Assembly: GCA_963727485.1 (NCBI GenBank)
Contig: CAVSGM010000001.1
Coordinates: forward strand, 736,001 to 800,000
Origin: an uncultured delta proteobacterium
GTDB taxonomy: Bacteria; Myxococcota; Myxococcia; SLRQ01
Direction of reading: 5' to 3'
Length of the DNA: 64,000 bases
Positions 37,492 through 51,683 of the stretch are shown here, piece by piece (within the stretch, counting starts at the first letter, position 1; each line of letters starts with the position of its first letter). The notes beneath the pieces were generated by a model. It saw only the letters and a program-made list of their open reading frames with translations, made no database searches and was not told the DNA's origin. The translations under genes were made by a program, and so were the position numbers.

Positions 37492-38497
37492 TCACTCGGG
37501 CCGGTCGACCCGGCCGCCGGGGTGGCGGGCGAAGCGCCCGGCGTCCCGGGGGTGCACCGGCCCCGGTCCCTTGAAGGGCCAGCCGCCGAAGCCGGTGGCC
37601 TGGTAGTCGAGGAACGCCTGCTTGAGGTCGCCCTCGGTGGCCAGCACGAAGGGACCGTACTGGACCACCGGCTCGCGGATGGGCCGGCCCTGGAGCACCA
37701 AGAGGTCGGCGCCGTCGTCTCCGGCGGCCAGCGGCACCTCGGCGGTGGGCACCACCTCCACCCGGGCGCCCTCGGGGACCGGCTGGCCGTCGACGGCGAG
37801 GCCCGCGCCCCGGTAGGCGTAGAGGGCCCGGCGCACGGTGTCGGAATCCGGCGGGGAGGGTGAAGCGCGCCCCGGGCTCGAGGTGCACGTGCCAGATGGC
37901 GACCTGGGCGTCGTCCCGGGCGGCCCAGGACTCGGGGGGCGGCGGCGGGGGCACCCGGTCGCCGAAGGCGCCGGCGACCACGTCGACCACCACGCCCTCG
38001 GCCTCGAGGCGCGGGAGCTGCTCCCGCCAGAGCATGGAGAAGTGGGGCTCGACCATCTTGGCGGCCCGGGGGAGGTTCAGCCAGATCTGGAAGAGCTCGA
38101 GGGGGTTCGGGCCCGCGTCGTCGAGGAGGGGGAACATCTCGCTGTGGACGATGCCCGCCCCGGCGGTGACCCACTGCACGTCCCCGGCGCCGAAGCGCGC
38201 GGTGGCGCCGAGGGAGTCCGAGTGGTCGATGAAGCCCCGGCGGATGAAGGTCACCGTTTCGAAGCCCCGGTGGGGGTGGGCGGGGAAGCCGGGGATGGTC
38301 TCGCCGTGGTACATCCGCCAGCCCTCGCGCCCCTCGAAGTCCATCCCCAGGTTCCGGCCCGCCAGCGACGCCGCCGGCCCCAGGTCCGCGTTCCCCGCCG
38401 GGTAGGCGTCGAGGTGGTGCATGCAGAAGAGGAACGGGTCGAAGGTCTCCCAGGGCGTGCCCTGGGGATCGATGCGGACGACGACGTCGTGGCTCAT
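37492..38497 (-). CDS. Pirin family protein; one frameshift near 37840
   Basis: DPFLFCMHH, GFPAHPHRGFETVT, AGAGIVHSEM, QIWLNLP, PIREPVVQYGPFV. Confidence 0.9.
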
Positions 38498-38593
38498 GGC
38501 GGCTGGCTCTCGGGTCGGGTTCACGGGAGGGACCTTGGGCCGCAGCGGCGCCCGGCGCCAGCCCGGACCGGGGCAACACCGTCGAGCCCCCCT

Positions 38594-39358
38594 TTAGAGC
38601 CGGGGCATCAGGCCCTCGAAGGCGGGCACGGCCGGGAGCGGGAGGTGGACCGAGACCACCGGCGTCACCTCGGTGCGCTCGGGGTTCACCTCCACCGTGG
38701 GAACGCCCCCGCGGGCGGCCTCGACCACCGGCCCGGCGATGTAGGGGAAGAGGCTGGTGGTGCCCACCGAGAACACCACGTCGAAGCCGGCGGCGAGCTC
38801 GGCCTCGAGGCGCAGCACCTTCTTCAGGGGCAGCATCTCCCCGAAGAGGATCACGTCGGGGCGGAGCACCGCGCCGCACTCGCCGCAGCGGGGCAGGGGG
38901 CCCAGGCCCTCGTAGCTCGAGACCCGGCGCCGCGCCTCGCAGCCGGTGCAGCGGATCACGTGGGCGTCGCCGTGGATGTCGATGATCTGCCGGGAGCCGG
39001 CGGCGTGGTGGAGGCCGTCGACGTTCTGGGTGAGGACCACCAGGCGGGGGATGCGCGCCTGGAGCTCGGCGATGGCCCGGTGGGCGGCGTTGGGCTCGGC
39101 GTGGAGGCGGGCCTCGGAGACCTGGTGGAGGTACTTCCAGGTGACCTCCGGGTGCGCGGCGAAGTACTCGCCGCTCATCACCACCTCGATGGGGACGCCC
39201 TCCTCGGGGTGGCGGCCGGTGTAGAGGCCCGCGGGGCCGCGGTAGGTGGGCAGGCCGCTCTCGGCGCTCACCCCGGCGCCGGTGATGAACAGGGCGCTCC
39301 GGGCCTCGCGGAGGAGGGCGGCGGCGACGTCGAGGCGGGTGTCGAGCTCGGCTACCAT
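38594..39358 (-). CDS. cobB: NAD-dependent protein deacylase (sirtuin)
   Basis: [27 protein letters not shown], two Cxx[16 protein letters not shown]. Confidence 0.93.
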   Translation of the reverse strand: MVAELDTRLDVAAALLREARSALFITGAGVSAESGLPTYRGPAGLYTGRHPEEGVPIEVVMSGEYFAAHPEVTWKYLHQVSEARLHAEPNAAHRAIAELQARIPRLVVLTQNVDGLHHAAGSRQIIDIHGDAHVIRCTGCEARRRVSSYEGLGPLPRCGECGAVLRPDVILFGEMLPLKKVLRLEAELAAGFDVVFSVGTTSLFPYIAGPVVEAARGGVPTVEVNPERTEVTPVVSVHLPLPAVPAFEGLMPRL

Positions 39359-39400
39359 GGACGGGTTCCTTCCGGAGGCGCCTCGGGTATCGTAGCCGCG

Positions 39401-40498
39401 ATGCGGCCTCCGTCCATCTGCTTCGCCATGGCGGCCCCGGGCCTCGAGGGGGTGCTCGCCGACGAGTGCCGGCAGCTCGGCTTCCGGGGCCTCGAGCCGG
39501 TGACCGGCGGGGTGGAGTTCGAGGGGGGCCTGGCCGAGGGGATGCGCGCCTGCCTCTGGCTGCGCACCGCGACCACCGTGCGCCTGCGCCTGGGGACGGT
39601 GCCGGCGGCGAGCGCCTCGGCCCTGGAGCGGGCCCTGGGCCGGCTCCCGGTGGCGCCCTACCTCCCGGCGACCGGGCCGGTGCCGGTGCAGGCGGTGAGC
39701 CGCCGCTCGCGCCTCAAGCACACCGGGCGCCTGGTGGAGATCGTGGGCCGGAGCCTCCCGGGGGTGGAGATCGCCGGGGGCGCCGGGGGCCTGCACCTGC
39801 GGGTGGAGTCCGAGCGCGCGACCCTCTCGGTGGACCTCGCCGGGGACCGGCTCCACCAGCGGGGGTGGCGCCTCGAGGGCGGGCCGGCGCCGCTCCGGGA
39901 GACCTTGGCGGCGGGGCTCCTCAAGCTCATGGGCCATGCCGGCGACGCGCCCTTCGTGGATCCCATGTGCGGCTCCGGGACCCTGGTGATCGAGGCGGCG
40001 CTGGCGGCCACCGGCCGGGCCCCGGGCCTCGGGCGGCGCTTCGCCTTCGAGGCGTTCCCGGCCTTCGAGCCCGCGCGGCTGAAGGCCCTGCGCCGGGCCG
40101 CCGAGCAGGCCATCCACCCGGCGGCGGCACCGGTCCTCGGCTCCGACCGCCACCGGGGCGCGGTGGGCTCGGCGACCCGGAACGCCGAGCGCGCCGGGGT
40201 CGCCGAGGCGGTCACCGTGCGCCTCGCCGACGTCCGCGAGACCGAGCCCCCCGCCGGACCCCCGGGGCTGGTGGTCACCAATCCGCCCTACGGGGCCCGG
40301 CTGCCGGTGGCCGACCTCGCCGGTCTCTACCGGGACCTGGGGCGGGCGCTCTCGGCCCGCTTCCCCGGGTGGCGCCTGGGCCTCCTGGCCCCCGAGGCGC
40401 GCCTCGCCGAGGCCACCGGGATCCCCTTCGACGACTCGGTGGCGCTCCCCAACGGGGGGCTGCGGGTGCGTCTGTGGCGGGGGCGCGTCCCCGGCTGA
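39401..40498 (+). CDS. THUMP-domain SAM-dependent RNA methyltransferase (RlmL-like)
   Basis: [39 protein letters not shown]. Confidence 0.9.
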   Translation: MRPPSICFAMAAPGLEGVLADECRQLGFRGLEPVTGGVEFEGGLAEGMRACLWLRTATTVRLRLGTVPAASASALERALGRLPVAPYLPATGPVPVQAVSRRSRLKHTGRLVEIVGRSLPGVEIAGGAGGLHLRVESERATLSVDLAGDRLHQRGWRLEGGPAPLRETLAAGLLKLMGHAGDAPFVDPMCGSGTLVIEAALAATGRAPGLGRRFAFEAFPAFEPARLKALRRAAEQAIHPAAAPVLGSDRHRGAVGSATRNAERAGVAEAVTVRLADVRETEPPAGPPGLVVTNPPYGARLPVADLAGLYRDLGRALSARFPGWRLGLLAPEARLAEATGIPFDDSVALPNGGLRVRLWRGRVPG

Positions 40499-40689
40499 GC
40501 GCCGACGCCGCTCATGACCCTTGGCCTTCCGTCGGTGAAGGACTAAGGTGCGCCCGTACCGCGCTGGCGACCAGGCGCGCGGCGCTCCCGGCGTCGCGCA
40601 GGGGCGCACCCCTCGACGCGGCCCATCCGATCCGCCAGGAAGCATCGCCCCATGGGCGCAGCCTTCCTGCCATCACCTGGGAGCGTGGA

Positions 40690-43398
<2,709 letters not shown>

Positions 43399-43461
43399 CC
43401 GGGGCCACCGCCCGGCCGTCGAGCGAGGCGTCGTCCCCTGGGGGCGGCGCCTCGCGTCGTC

Positions 43462-43803
43462 TTAGCGCGCGTCCGCCGCCCCGGTGCGCCACCAGGCGAG
43501 GCTGGTGAGGATGGTCACCGCGCCCAGGGCGAGCCCCTGGTGCATCAGGCTGGGGCCCAGGGTCGCGAGGTGGAGGCTCCTGGTGAGGAGCACCGCCTTG
43601 GCGTCGGGGCCCCGGGCGTTGCCGGCGAGGGTGAGGAGCGCGGCGGCGTGGCCCAGGGCGCTTCCGGCCCCCTCGAGGACGAGGGCCCCCAGGGCGCCGA
43701 AGCACAGGGGCAGGAGCGAGAGGCTGGGCCGGAAAAGCTGGGCCAGGGCGGCGAGGACGCCCGCGGCGACGGCCGCCCAGGTGATCACCAGGCCCAGGCT
43801 CAT
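43462..43803 (-). CDS. Small membrane protein (paralog of the upstream gene)
   Basis: About three hydrophobic segments; ATGA overlap with 43800-44162. Confidence 0.55.
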   Translation of the reverse strand: MSLGLVITWAAVAAGVLAALAQLFRPSLSLLPLCFGALGALVLEGAGSALGHAAALLTLAGNARGPDAKAVLLTRSLHLATLGPSLMHQGLALGAVTILTSLAWWRTGAADAR

Positions 43804-44162
43804 GACCGGCGCTCCGCCCGGAGCGTCCGGTCCAGGGCCGCCCCGGCGCCCCACAGCAGGGCCACCAGGCCGCCGCCGAGGCAGGCCACCTGGGTGGGGA
43901 TGATCGAGATCGACAGGGAGGCGTCGGTGAGGGGGCCGTGGGGGCCGGTGATGGTGGCCATGGCGCGCATGGTCTGGAGGACCCCGAGGCCGGTGCCGGT
44001 GACGCCCACGGCGAGGGAGACGCCGAGGGCGCCGAGGACCAGGGGCGCCAGGCGCACCCGGCCGGCGAGTAGGAGCTGGAGCACGGCGGCCACGAGGCCC
44101 ACCACGGTGAGCGCGGCGGTGCCCAGGGCGAAGAGGCCGCCGTCTTGGAGGAGGTGGAGCAT
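43800..44162 (-). CDS. Small membrane protein, weakly MotA/TolQ/ExbB-like
   Basis: LLQDGG start, GVTGTGLG, SISIIPT. Confidence 0.6.
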   Translation of the reverse strand: MLHLLQDGGLFALGTAALTVVGLVAAVLQLLLAGRVRLAPLVLGALGVSLAVGVTGTGLGVLQTMRAMATITGPHGPLTDASLSISIIPTQVACLGGGLVALLWGAGAALDRTLRAERRS

Positions 44163-44207
44163 GGCGGCACCCTACGAGGGGTGCTCGCCGGCGTCCAGCC
44201 GCCTGAC

Positions 44208-44939
44208 CTAGAGCGCGATCGAGACCAGGCGGCCGACCAGGGCGGTGATCGCCATGGCGGCGCCGCCGCCCACCAGGACCCGCACGGCGCCCCGGAGGCG
44301 CGGGGCGGCGCCGAGATGCGCGCCCAGGGCGCCGAGGCCCGCGAGAAGGACCAGCGTGGTCGCGACCACCACCGGCGCCGCCAGGGCCGCCGGCGCCAGG
44401 AGCATGGCGAGGATGGGCAGCACCGCGCCGAGGGCGAAGCTCGCCGCCGAGGTGGCGGCGGCCTGGACCGGGCGGGCGAGGGCGGAGACGTCGAGGCCCA
44501 GCTCCTCCCGGGCGTGGACCGCCAGGCGGTCGTCGCCGGCCATCAGCTCCCGGGCGACCTCGGACGCCAGCTCTGGCGAGAGCCCCTTCTTGCGGTAGAG
44601 GCCCGCGAGCTCCCGCTCCTCGGCCTCGGGGAAGCGCTCGAGCTCGTCGCGCTCCCGCTCGAGGTCGGCGCGCTCGGTGTCCCGCTGGCTGGCCACCGAC
44701 ACGTACTCGCCGGCGGCCATGGACAGGGCCCCGGCGGTGAGGCCCGCGAGCCCGGCGGTGAGCACCGCCAGGCGATCGGGGCTGGCGGCGGCCACCCCCA
44801 TCATCAGGCTGGCGGTGGACACCAGCCCGTCGTTGGCGCCGAGGACCGCCGCCCGGAGCCACCCGGTCCGATCGGACCGGTGGCGCTCCACCATGTGTAC
44901 CTGGTGTACCTGGGTGTGGGCCCGCCCCTGGGTCGCCAT
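44208..44939 (-). CDS. VIT1/CCC1 family iron/manganese transporter
   Basis: WLRAAVLGANDGLVST, AGALSMAAGEYVSV, HAREELG. Confidence 0.93.
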   Translation of the reverse strand: MATQGRAHTQVHQVHMVERHRSDRTGWLRAAVLGANDGLVSTASLMMGVAAASPDRLAVLTAGLAGLTAGALSMAAGEYVSVASQRDTERADLERERDELERFPEAEERELAGLYRKKGLSPELASEVARELMAGDDRLAVHAREELGLDVSALARPVQAAATSAASFALGAVLPILAMLLAPAALAAPVVVATTLVLLAGLGALGAHLGAAPRLRGAVRVLVGGGAAMAITALVGRLVSIAL

Positions 44940-45021
44940 CTGCGCCTCCCGGCCCGCGCGGGGCCTACCGGTGAAGGTGGGCCTCCCGGGGCCGGGAGCA
45001 ACGTCCGGGGCGCCGGTGGCG

Positions 45022-45574
45022 CTAGATGCCGCAGATCTGGCCGCTGTAGTCGCCGGTGGTGACCCCGGTGGCCTGGTCGAGGTTCCCTCGGAGCAGGAGG
45101 TAGCCGTGGGCGCCCTGGAGCCCGTCGGCCCCGTCGGTGATGGTGACCATGGCCGCCTGCTTGCCGTTGCCGCCGAGGTCGATGACCCCGTTGTCGGTGC
45201 CCACCAGCGAGCCGCCCCAGACCGGCTGCACCAGGCTGGAGCCCGTGTAGTAGATGACGCCCGGCGTGGTGGCCTGGGGGCTGGGCATCAGGGAGTCCAT
45301 CACGAAGGAGTAGTCTCCTCGCAGCGAACCGGTGAGCTTGCCGGCGGTGCAGAAGCCCACCGCCGAGCTGCACTGGGCGGCCGGTACCGGCACCGACCGG
45401 TAGTGGCCGTAGACGTGACGGCAGTCGGGGTGGTGGGCGTCCTCGTCGCGGTCGCCGTGGGCGGTGGCCGGCACGGTGAGCGCCAGGGCGCCGACACAGG
45501 CCACCACAGCGCCGAATCCAGCGCCCCCACCGCACACGTTTCCCGTTCACCCGTTCAGGGATCTGGCTTCTCAT
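45022..45574 (-). CDS. Secreted beta-barrel-like hypothetical protein (dirigent/AOC-like strands); probable frameshift near 45520
   Basis: GAGGAGG RBS before ATG 45574; signal ending ATAHG in the other frame; CSSAVGFCTAG, ITDGADGLQGAHGYL, YSGQIC. Confidence 0.55.
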
Positions 45575-45789
45575 TTCGGCCTCCTCGGTTGGTTGGGGAT
45601 CGATTTCCCCTCTCGAACACGAGGCCGGGCGAGGTTGATGAGACACCTCGCTGCACGTTTCCGTTTCGGCAGCCTCCAGGCTCCGGCCCACCCACGGGGG
45701 TCATCGGAGTCCGCTTGGCATTGCTCGCCCACCGTCACCAGTGGGTTCACCCTTTCGCTCGGCCACGTATCGGGTTCTGCTGAAGCCTT

Positions 45790-46299
45790 TCAGATCGTTG
45801 CGCTGCGGCCTCCGCCCATCTCGGCGAGCTGACGCCGGATGTCCGCCACCGCCTCCGCCAGCTCCCTGGGGCTGGTGGCGCCATCGGGCATGCTCGGAGC
45901 CATCCAGGACGAAGCGGCGTTTACCGTGGCGAAGACCTTGTGCGGGAAGGGCTGCTTGGCCACGAGGCTGATGCCGGTGACCACGCTGCGCACCGCAGCG
46001 GCGCGGAAGCCCGCCCCCTCGAAGACCACGCCGGAGGCCTTGATCAGGTCCCCGAACTCGCGGAGCGTCCGGGAAAGCTCGTCACGGACTTCGCCGGGCG
46101 GCATGCTCGCGTTGGGCTCGATGATGCTGAGCACCGCGCAGCCGTTGGGGTGACTCGCCTGTAGGTCCTGGAGGCCTTGACGACAGGCGTCGATGCCTTT
46201 GCGCGTGGTGTCGTGCCGCCAGATGACGACCGACAGCTCACGCCAGGACCCGGTGCAGAAGTCTTCGTCGTTGAGAAGAACGCTCGGTGATGTCAGCAT
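45790..46299 (-). CDS. STAS/SEC14-like myxobacterial small-ligand-binding protein
   Basis: PPGEVR, VVFEGAGFRAAAVRSVVTGI, PHKVFATVNAASSW. Confidence 0.65.
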   Translation of the reverse strand: MLTSPSVLLNDEDFCTGSWRELSVVIWRHDTTRKGIDACRQGLQDLQASHPNGCAVLSIIEPNASMPPGEVRDELSRTLREFGDLIKASGVVFEGAGFRAAAVRSVVTGISLVAKQPFPHKVFATVNAASSWMAPSMPDGATSPRELAEAVADIRRQLAEMGGGRSATI

Positions 46300-46383
46300 C
46301 CAGAAGCTCGGCGCCCCGCCGCAGGCTTACAATAGGACACGCCCCCCACACAGATCAAGTCGGGCGCGGCCCGGGGCGAGGAT

Positions 46384-48190
46384 TTACGAGGTCAAGCCGA
46401 GGCGACGCATCTTGCGTCCGAGGGTCGCCGGGCTCACCCCCAGGGCCTTGGCGGCCCGCCGCACCACGCCGCCGTGGCGGGCGAGGGCCTCGAGGATGGC
46501 GGCCCGCTCGGCGTGGGCCACCCGAGCACGCAAGGTGCCCCCACGGGCCTCCAGTGCCGAGGCTCCGGGCGCTTGGCGCAGGCTGCCCGGCAGCTGCTCC
46601 GCGCCGATGGGGGCGCCGGGCTGGGCCAGGAGCACCGCCCGCTCCACCACGTTCCGGAGCTCGCGGACGTTCCCCGGCCAGCGGTAGGCTCGGAGGAGCC
46701 GTTCGACCTCCGGTGAGAAGCCGTTGGCCTGGACCCCGAGGCTCTCGTTGGCCTCCTCGAGAAAGTGCCGGGCCAGCACCAGGACGTCCTCGTCCCGGTC
46801 CCGCAAGGGCGGGATATCGATGACGAAGGTGCACAGCCGATAGAAGAGGTCCTCGCGGAACCGGCCCGCGGCCACCTCGCTGCGCAGGTCCCGGTTGCTC
46901 GCGGCCACCACGCGCACGTCCACCTGGTGGGGGCGGGTGCCGCCGACCGGGCGCACGGTCCCGGTCTCCAGGACCCGCAGCAGCCGCGACTGCACCTTGG
47001 GGGAGGTGTTCTCGACCTCGTCGAGGAAGAGCGTGCCCCCGTCGGCCAGGCGGAACAGACCCAGGTGGTCGGCGGTGGCCCCGGTGAACGCACCCTTCAC
47101 GTGGCCGAAGAGCTCGCTCTCGAGGATGCCCTCGGGGAGGGCGCCGCAATCCTGGATGACGAAGCCATCCTCGGCCCTGGGAGAGAGCTCGTGGAGGAGC
47201 CGCGCGAGGATCTCCTTACCGGTGCCCGTCTCGCCCTGGAGGAGCACGGGCATCCGGTGCGGGGCGACCCGACGCACGAGCTCTACCACGTGGCCCATCG
47301 CCGGGGCCTGGTGGACCAGGCGTGAATCGACCGCACCTGGCGCCGTGCACGGGGGTGCTGGGCGGCCCGCTCGCGGAGCAGGCCGCGCTCGAGCGCCTGG
47401 GCGAGGCGACGCTGCTCGCTGCGGAGGCCGTAGTCGGCGCAGCCCTCGAGGACGAGGTCGCGGAGGGCCGTGGCGCTCACCGGTGGGGCCGCGCTGCGGA
47501 AGAGCTTGCCCGCGTTGAAGCCCTTCACCATGGCGCCGGGGGGACCGGTCCGACGGGGATGAGCCGCGGCGCCCGGTCCCGGGTGATGCCGACGAGGCGC
47601 GGATCCCGGGCGTCGAAGAGCGCATGGGTCGCGGCGATCACAGCCTCGAGGTCCGCCTCCGTCGCGGCGAAGGCCACCACCGCGGCGACGTCGCCCCGCT
47701 CGACGACCCGAGCCAGGGCCGCCGCCGAGGCGGCGAAGTGGAGCTGGGTACGCGAGGCCAGGGCGCGCTCGGCGGGTCGGCGCTCCGGGCCGCCGGCGAG
47801 GGCCACGGCTACGTGGAAGCGGTAGTCCTCCAGGTAGCGCGCCAGGCTCGCCTGGTCTCCGACCGGCATGGAGACGAACTGCAGCCCCAGTCCCACGCCA
47901 AGTTCTCCGCCGGGAGACGCCGGGGGATCGTGGCGCCAGCGGACCTCCGCCCGGGCCCGGATCTCCGCGCCCGAGTCCGGGAGGGCAAACTCCAGTCGAC
48001 GTCGCCCTCGGCCGGGAGCTGGTGCCGGCTCGGGGGGCCGTCCGGCCACCAGCCCGAGGCCGGTGCTGCTGATGTCCACGGTCCAGCAGTCGTGGATCCG
48101 GGGCCGGGTGGGCACTGGACGAAGAGCGGCAGCCGCGCGGGGCGCTGGGGGGCGGTGCTCTGTTTCAATTCTGATACACGCGTCATCCAT
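46384..48190 (-). CDS. PilZ - degenerate receiver - sigma54 AAA+ - Fis HTH enhancer-binding protein; several frameshifts (ORFs 47525-48190, 47283-47531, 46384-~47330)
   Basis: DISSTGLGL, AEVRW, GLGLQF; FNAGKLFR; GETGTGKE, ESELFGHVKGAFTGA, LFLDEV, RFREDLFYRL, WPGNVREL, AAKALGVSPATLGRKM. Confidence 0.85.
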
Positions 48191-48196
48191 GAAATC

Positions 48197-48219
48197 CTGA
48201 TTTGAATACGTGAAATCAG
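48197..48219. promoter_or_regulatory. Dyad CTGATTT-N9-AAATCAG, candidate upstream activator sequence
   Basis: Perfect 7-bp inverted repeat in AT-rich DNA, 80-100 bp upstream of the -24 GG. Confidence 0.5.
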
Positions 48220-48296
48220 AGTTTAAGTAAACCCAGGACCGAAACGTTCGGAGATGACAGTCGAGTCTTGTCACGGAAAGTCAGCCGCTTACGCTG

Positions 48297-48313
48297 CTGG
48301 CATATGTCATGCT
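48297..48313 (+). promoter_or_regulatory. Sigma54 -24/-12 promoter
   Basis: CTGGCATATGTCATGCT: GG-N10-GC with TGGCA and TGCT, divergent from a bEBP gene. Confidence 0.75.
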
Positions 48314-48577
48314 TGCACCATCCTGGGGCGAAGAATCCACAGGACTAGTGACCGGCAACACGAAACGATATTCCCCCGTTGCACACGTGGGCCAAGGGCT
48401 CGTTTGGGAGCCCCGGGGGCTGACAATCGAGCCCTTGGTGGCGGACCCCGGTGTGGCCCGGGCACCCTCCGGCGCAGGCGCGCCGAGGCGGGGCCCGCGG
48501 GCCTGGTGGTGGCCACCGAGATAGCCCGGGTCGGCCCGTCGGTGCGCCTCGTCGACGCCGGTGATCCGGACACGGGA

Positions 48578-49631
48578 ATGGCGTCCCTCGGTGGCAGGGG
48601 CACGGACGTGCTGCGCTACCTGGTCCTCGCCCCGGCCCTCGAGGCCGAGGGCGCCGTTCCTCGCACGGGCCTGCGGATCCAGGGCAGCGACCGCCGGGCA
48701 GGGCTACGCCTCGCCTCTCCCCGCGCTGGCGTCCGCCGCCCGCGGTCGCGGCTGCGGACCGACTCCTGGCCCGGGTGCCATCGACGCCGCGGGGCCCAGG
48801 CGTTCCTCCTCGTCGGCGGGGGCGGCGGGTGGCCGGCGTTCCCGGTGCTGGTCTTGGCCAGCGTCCCGGCGCTAGGGCTGACCCCCCACGGTCGTTGCTG
48901 GGGCGGCGCGGTGGTGGGGCCCGAGCTGCGATCCTCGCTGTCTCCGGCACCCTGACGGGCGTGGCCGCTCGCGGCTCCTCGGCCAGGCGCCAACCGCCGA
49001 GCGCCACAAGACCGAGGAGTTCGCCTCGGCCCGGGAGGCGCTTCTCGCCGAGGTGGAGGTGGCCCAAGAGGTACAGACCCTCCTCCTCTGGAGATGGAGG
49101 TCGCCCAGCGGATCCAGACCTTGCTCCTGCCCCGGACTCCCCCGGGTCCCCGACCACGAGGTGGTGGGGCGGATGATCACCGCCAGCGAGGTGGGTGGCG
49201 ACGACTACGACGTCCTGGAGGCTCGGCGCCCGCTGCCTCAACCGTGCCATGGGCCGGAACCTGCCGATGCTGATCGGCGCCGCGCCACCGCCGCCCTCGA
49301 GGAGGTGGAGCTGGAGGCGATGTGGCGCGGGGTCCTCGACGACCTCGAGCCCGAGCAGCTCCCGGCGGCCCGCTTCCGCCTCGGCGCCGGGGACCTGCTC
49401 TTCCGCTACACCGACGGGGTCGTCGAGCAGTTCGCCGACGACGAGATATCCGGCTTCGAGCGCATCAAGGACGTAATCGGCGAAACGCCCTGCCGGGGCG
49501 GCGGTCCGCGTGGACGAGGGGCTCCGGAGCCTCGAGGACTTCTCTTCGGAGCAGGAGGACGACATCCATGCTCGTCCTCGACCATGCCGGAGACGGCGCC
49601 GTGGTGGGGGCCAACGAGGAGGTCGCGATGA
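48578..49631 (+). pseudogene. Membrane-linked SpoIIE/RsbU-type PP2C phosphatase, multiply frameshifted or incomplete
   Basis: EMEVAQRIQTLLLP, ASEVGGDDYDV, GDLLFRYTDGVVE, GFERI, EQEDDI; central DVxGHG segment not found; start uncertain. Confidence 0.6.
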
Positions 49632-51683
49632 GCGAGCGCACCGTGAATCTGGACGGCGGCGTCGCGACGCCGGAGGGGGCCCCAGCGTCGGGGCGTCGCG
49701 GTGGCTGCCGGCTCCGACGCGGCGCCGGCGTGTTCGTCGAGGTGGACGGCCTCGGCTCCGGGTGGACGCCCTGGACCCCGAGGGCGTGGAGGTGCGCCTC
49801 GCCCACGGGGAGGTGATCGCACGACCGGGTCCACGAGGTGCACCTCCTGGGATGAGATGCGGGTGGGCCCCCTGTCGGCCGAGGTCCGGGGCCACCCCGG
49901 GACGCCGGCCACGTCGGGGCCCTCACCCTCGGCTTCGTCACCCGAGCCCTCCATGGGCCGGGTGCTCCTCGGGGTGGTGGGCGCCCTCGCCGGCCGGGGC
50001 CTCGTCCAGGGTCCGGGTCGAGGACACCAGTGCCCGCGGAGATCATCGTTAATCCGGCGCGGAATCGGACGCCTGATACAGGGCTTCGCCGCGGGCCTCA
50101 CCGGGGCCCAGCTCCGCCAACCGGGGCAGCGCAGCCGGGTGGAGGGGTGGCTGGTGGGCCTGTCGCCGGATCCGGCGCGGCCCCTGCTCTGGGTGCTCGA
50201 CGGAACGCCCCGGAGGCGCCCCTGGAGATACGGGTGGCGGGCTACAGCTCGGCCTCGTGTTCCGCGTCGACCAGGCGCGTCGACGGGGGGCCTACCTCGG
50301 ACCCCCGAGCCCGAGGAGGTGGTCCGGCTCCGGACCCGGCGACATCAGCGGGCCCCCGCCCCCCTCGGGGCCTGGATCTCCTTCACCCACCCCCTGTGGC
50401 CCGGGGATCGGGTGCGCCGGCCCCTGCACGACGTGTCCTACGCCGGCCTCGGGTTCGCCACCGAGGCCTTCCGGGACGTGATGTGGCCGGGGCTGTCGCT
50501 CCCGCGGGTGGAGGTGCGTGCCCGGCGGCCAGCCCCTCAAGGTCGATGCGGTGGTGCGCCACGTGTCCCGGCGAGGCCGGGAGCACGGGGAATCTGCGGC
50601 GTGGAGCTGGGCGGCGACCTGGCCCGGTGGCACGCCACGGTGGAGCGCACCTCTACCCCACGACCCGCACCGCCTCCGACGAGGGCCTCTGGGACCTCTA
50701 CGTCGACTCGGGATACTTCAACATCTCGGGCAAGGCGGAGACCGGCTTCAGGCCGCGTCCGCCAGGCCTTCTCACCACCGACCAGGCCATGGGGCGCGCC
50801 CCGGCGGTCGCTGCCTGCGTGTGGCCCTCGTCCCGGGGCGTCGAGGCGGGCATGACCATGGCCCGGCCCTATCTGGGGAGCTGGGTGGCCTACCAGCTCG
50901 CCCGACGCCAGGACGAGGCGCCGGTCCCCGGAGCGCCAAGCGTGCTCCGGGAGACCCTGCTCCACAGCCTGGAGCACGCCTGGCGCGACCCGGGGTTCCG
51001 GTGGTTCATCACCTGGGTGCAGCACGCGGCTTCCCCTACCTGCTCCACGACCTCACCCAGCGGTGGATCGGCGAGACCGCGCTGGCCGCGATCGTGCCCT
51101 TCCACGCCTTCGAGGGGACGCGGCTGCCCTCCCCGGCATCGAGGTGGAGCTCGAGCTGGGGCCACCGTCGGCGAAGGAGCGGCAGCGGTTCCTGGCGCAC
51201 CTCGCCGCCACCCGCCGTGAGCCCTTCGTGGAGGCCCACGACCTCGTCGCCGAGCACCTCGACCTCGCCGACGCCCGGCGCGCCTGGACCGCCGCCGGGC
51301 TCACCGGGACGCGCATCCCCGTGTCGCCCGGCACGGGCGCCCGGTGGCCATGGCGGTGGCCGAGCTCGCCGAGGAGGGCGTCCACCTCTTCGCCCTCTTC
51401 CACGCCGTGCGGCTCCTCGCCCTGGAGGGGGCGCCGAGCCGCCTTCCCACGCTCCTGGAGGACGCGCGCGACTGGTACCAGGGGCTGGGCAAGGAGAAGT
51501 TCGTCCTCTTCCTCGAGGACCCCTGGCCGGGGGTCGCCGACACCGGCCTCGTCGATCTCGGGGCCGCCGACACCACCGTGCTCTCGGCCGATCTCCTCCC
51601 CGACCAGCTGGAGCACATCTGGGAGATCACCGCACCCCGGGCGCCGCCCCGGCCCCGTCGCCCCCGAGGACGGAGACCGATGA
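49628..51683 (+). CDS. PilZ-containing protein with putative C-terminal acyltransferase-like (GNAT/FeeM-like) region; many frameshifts
   Basis: GAGGAGG RBS and ATGA overlap; RRHQR and DVSYAG PilZ motifs (~50335-50450); downstream LWDLYVDSGYFNISGK, SWVAYQLARR; acyltransferase identity is inferred. Confidence 0.55.
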
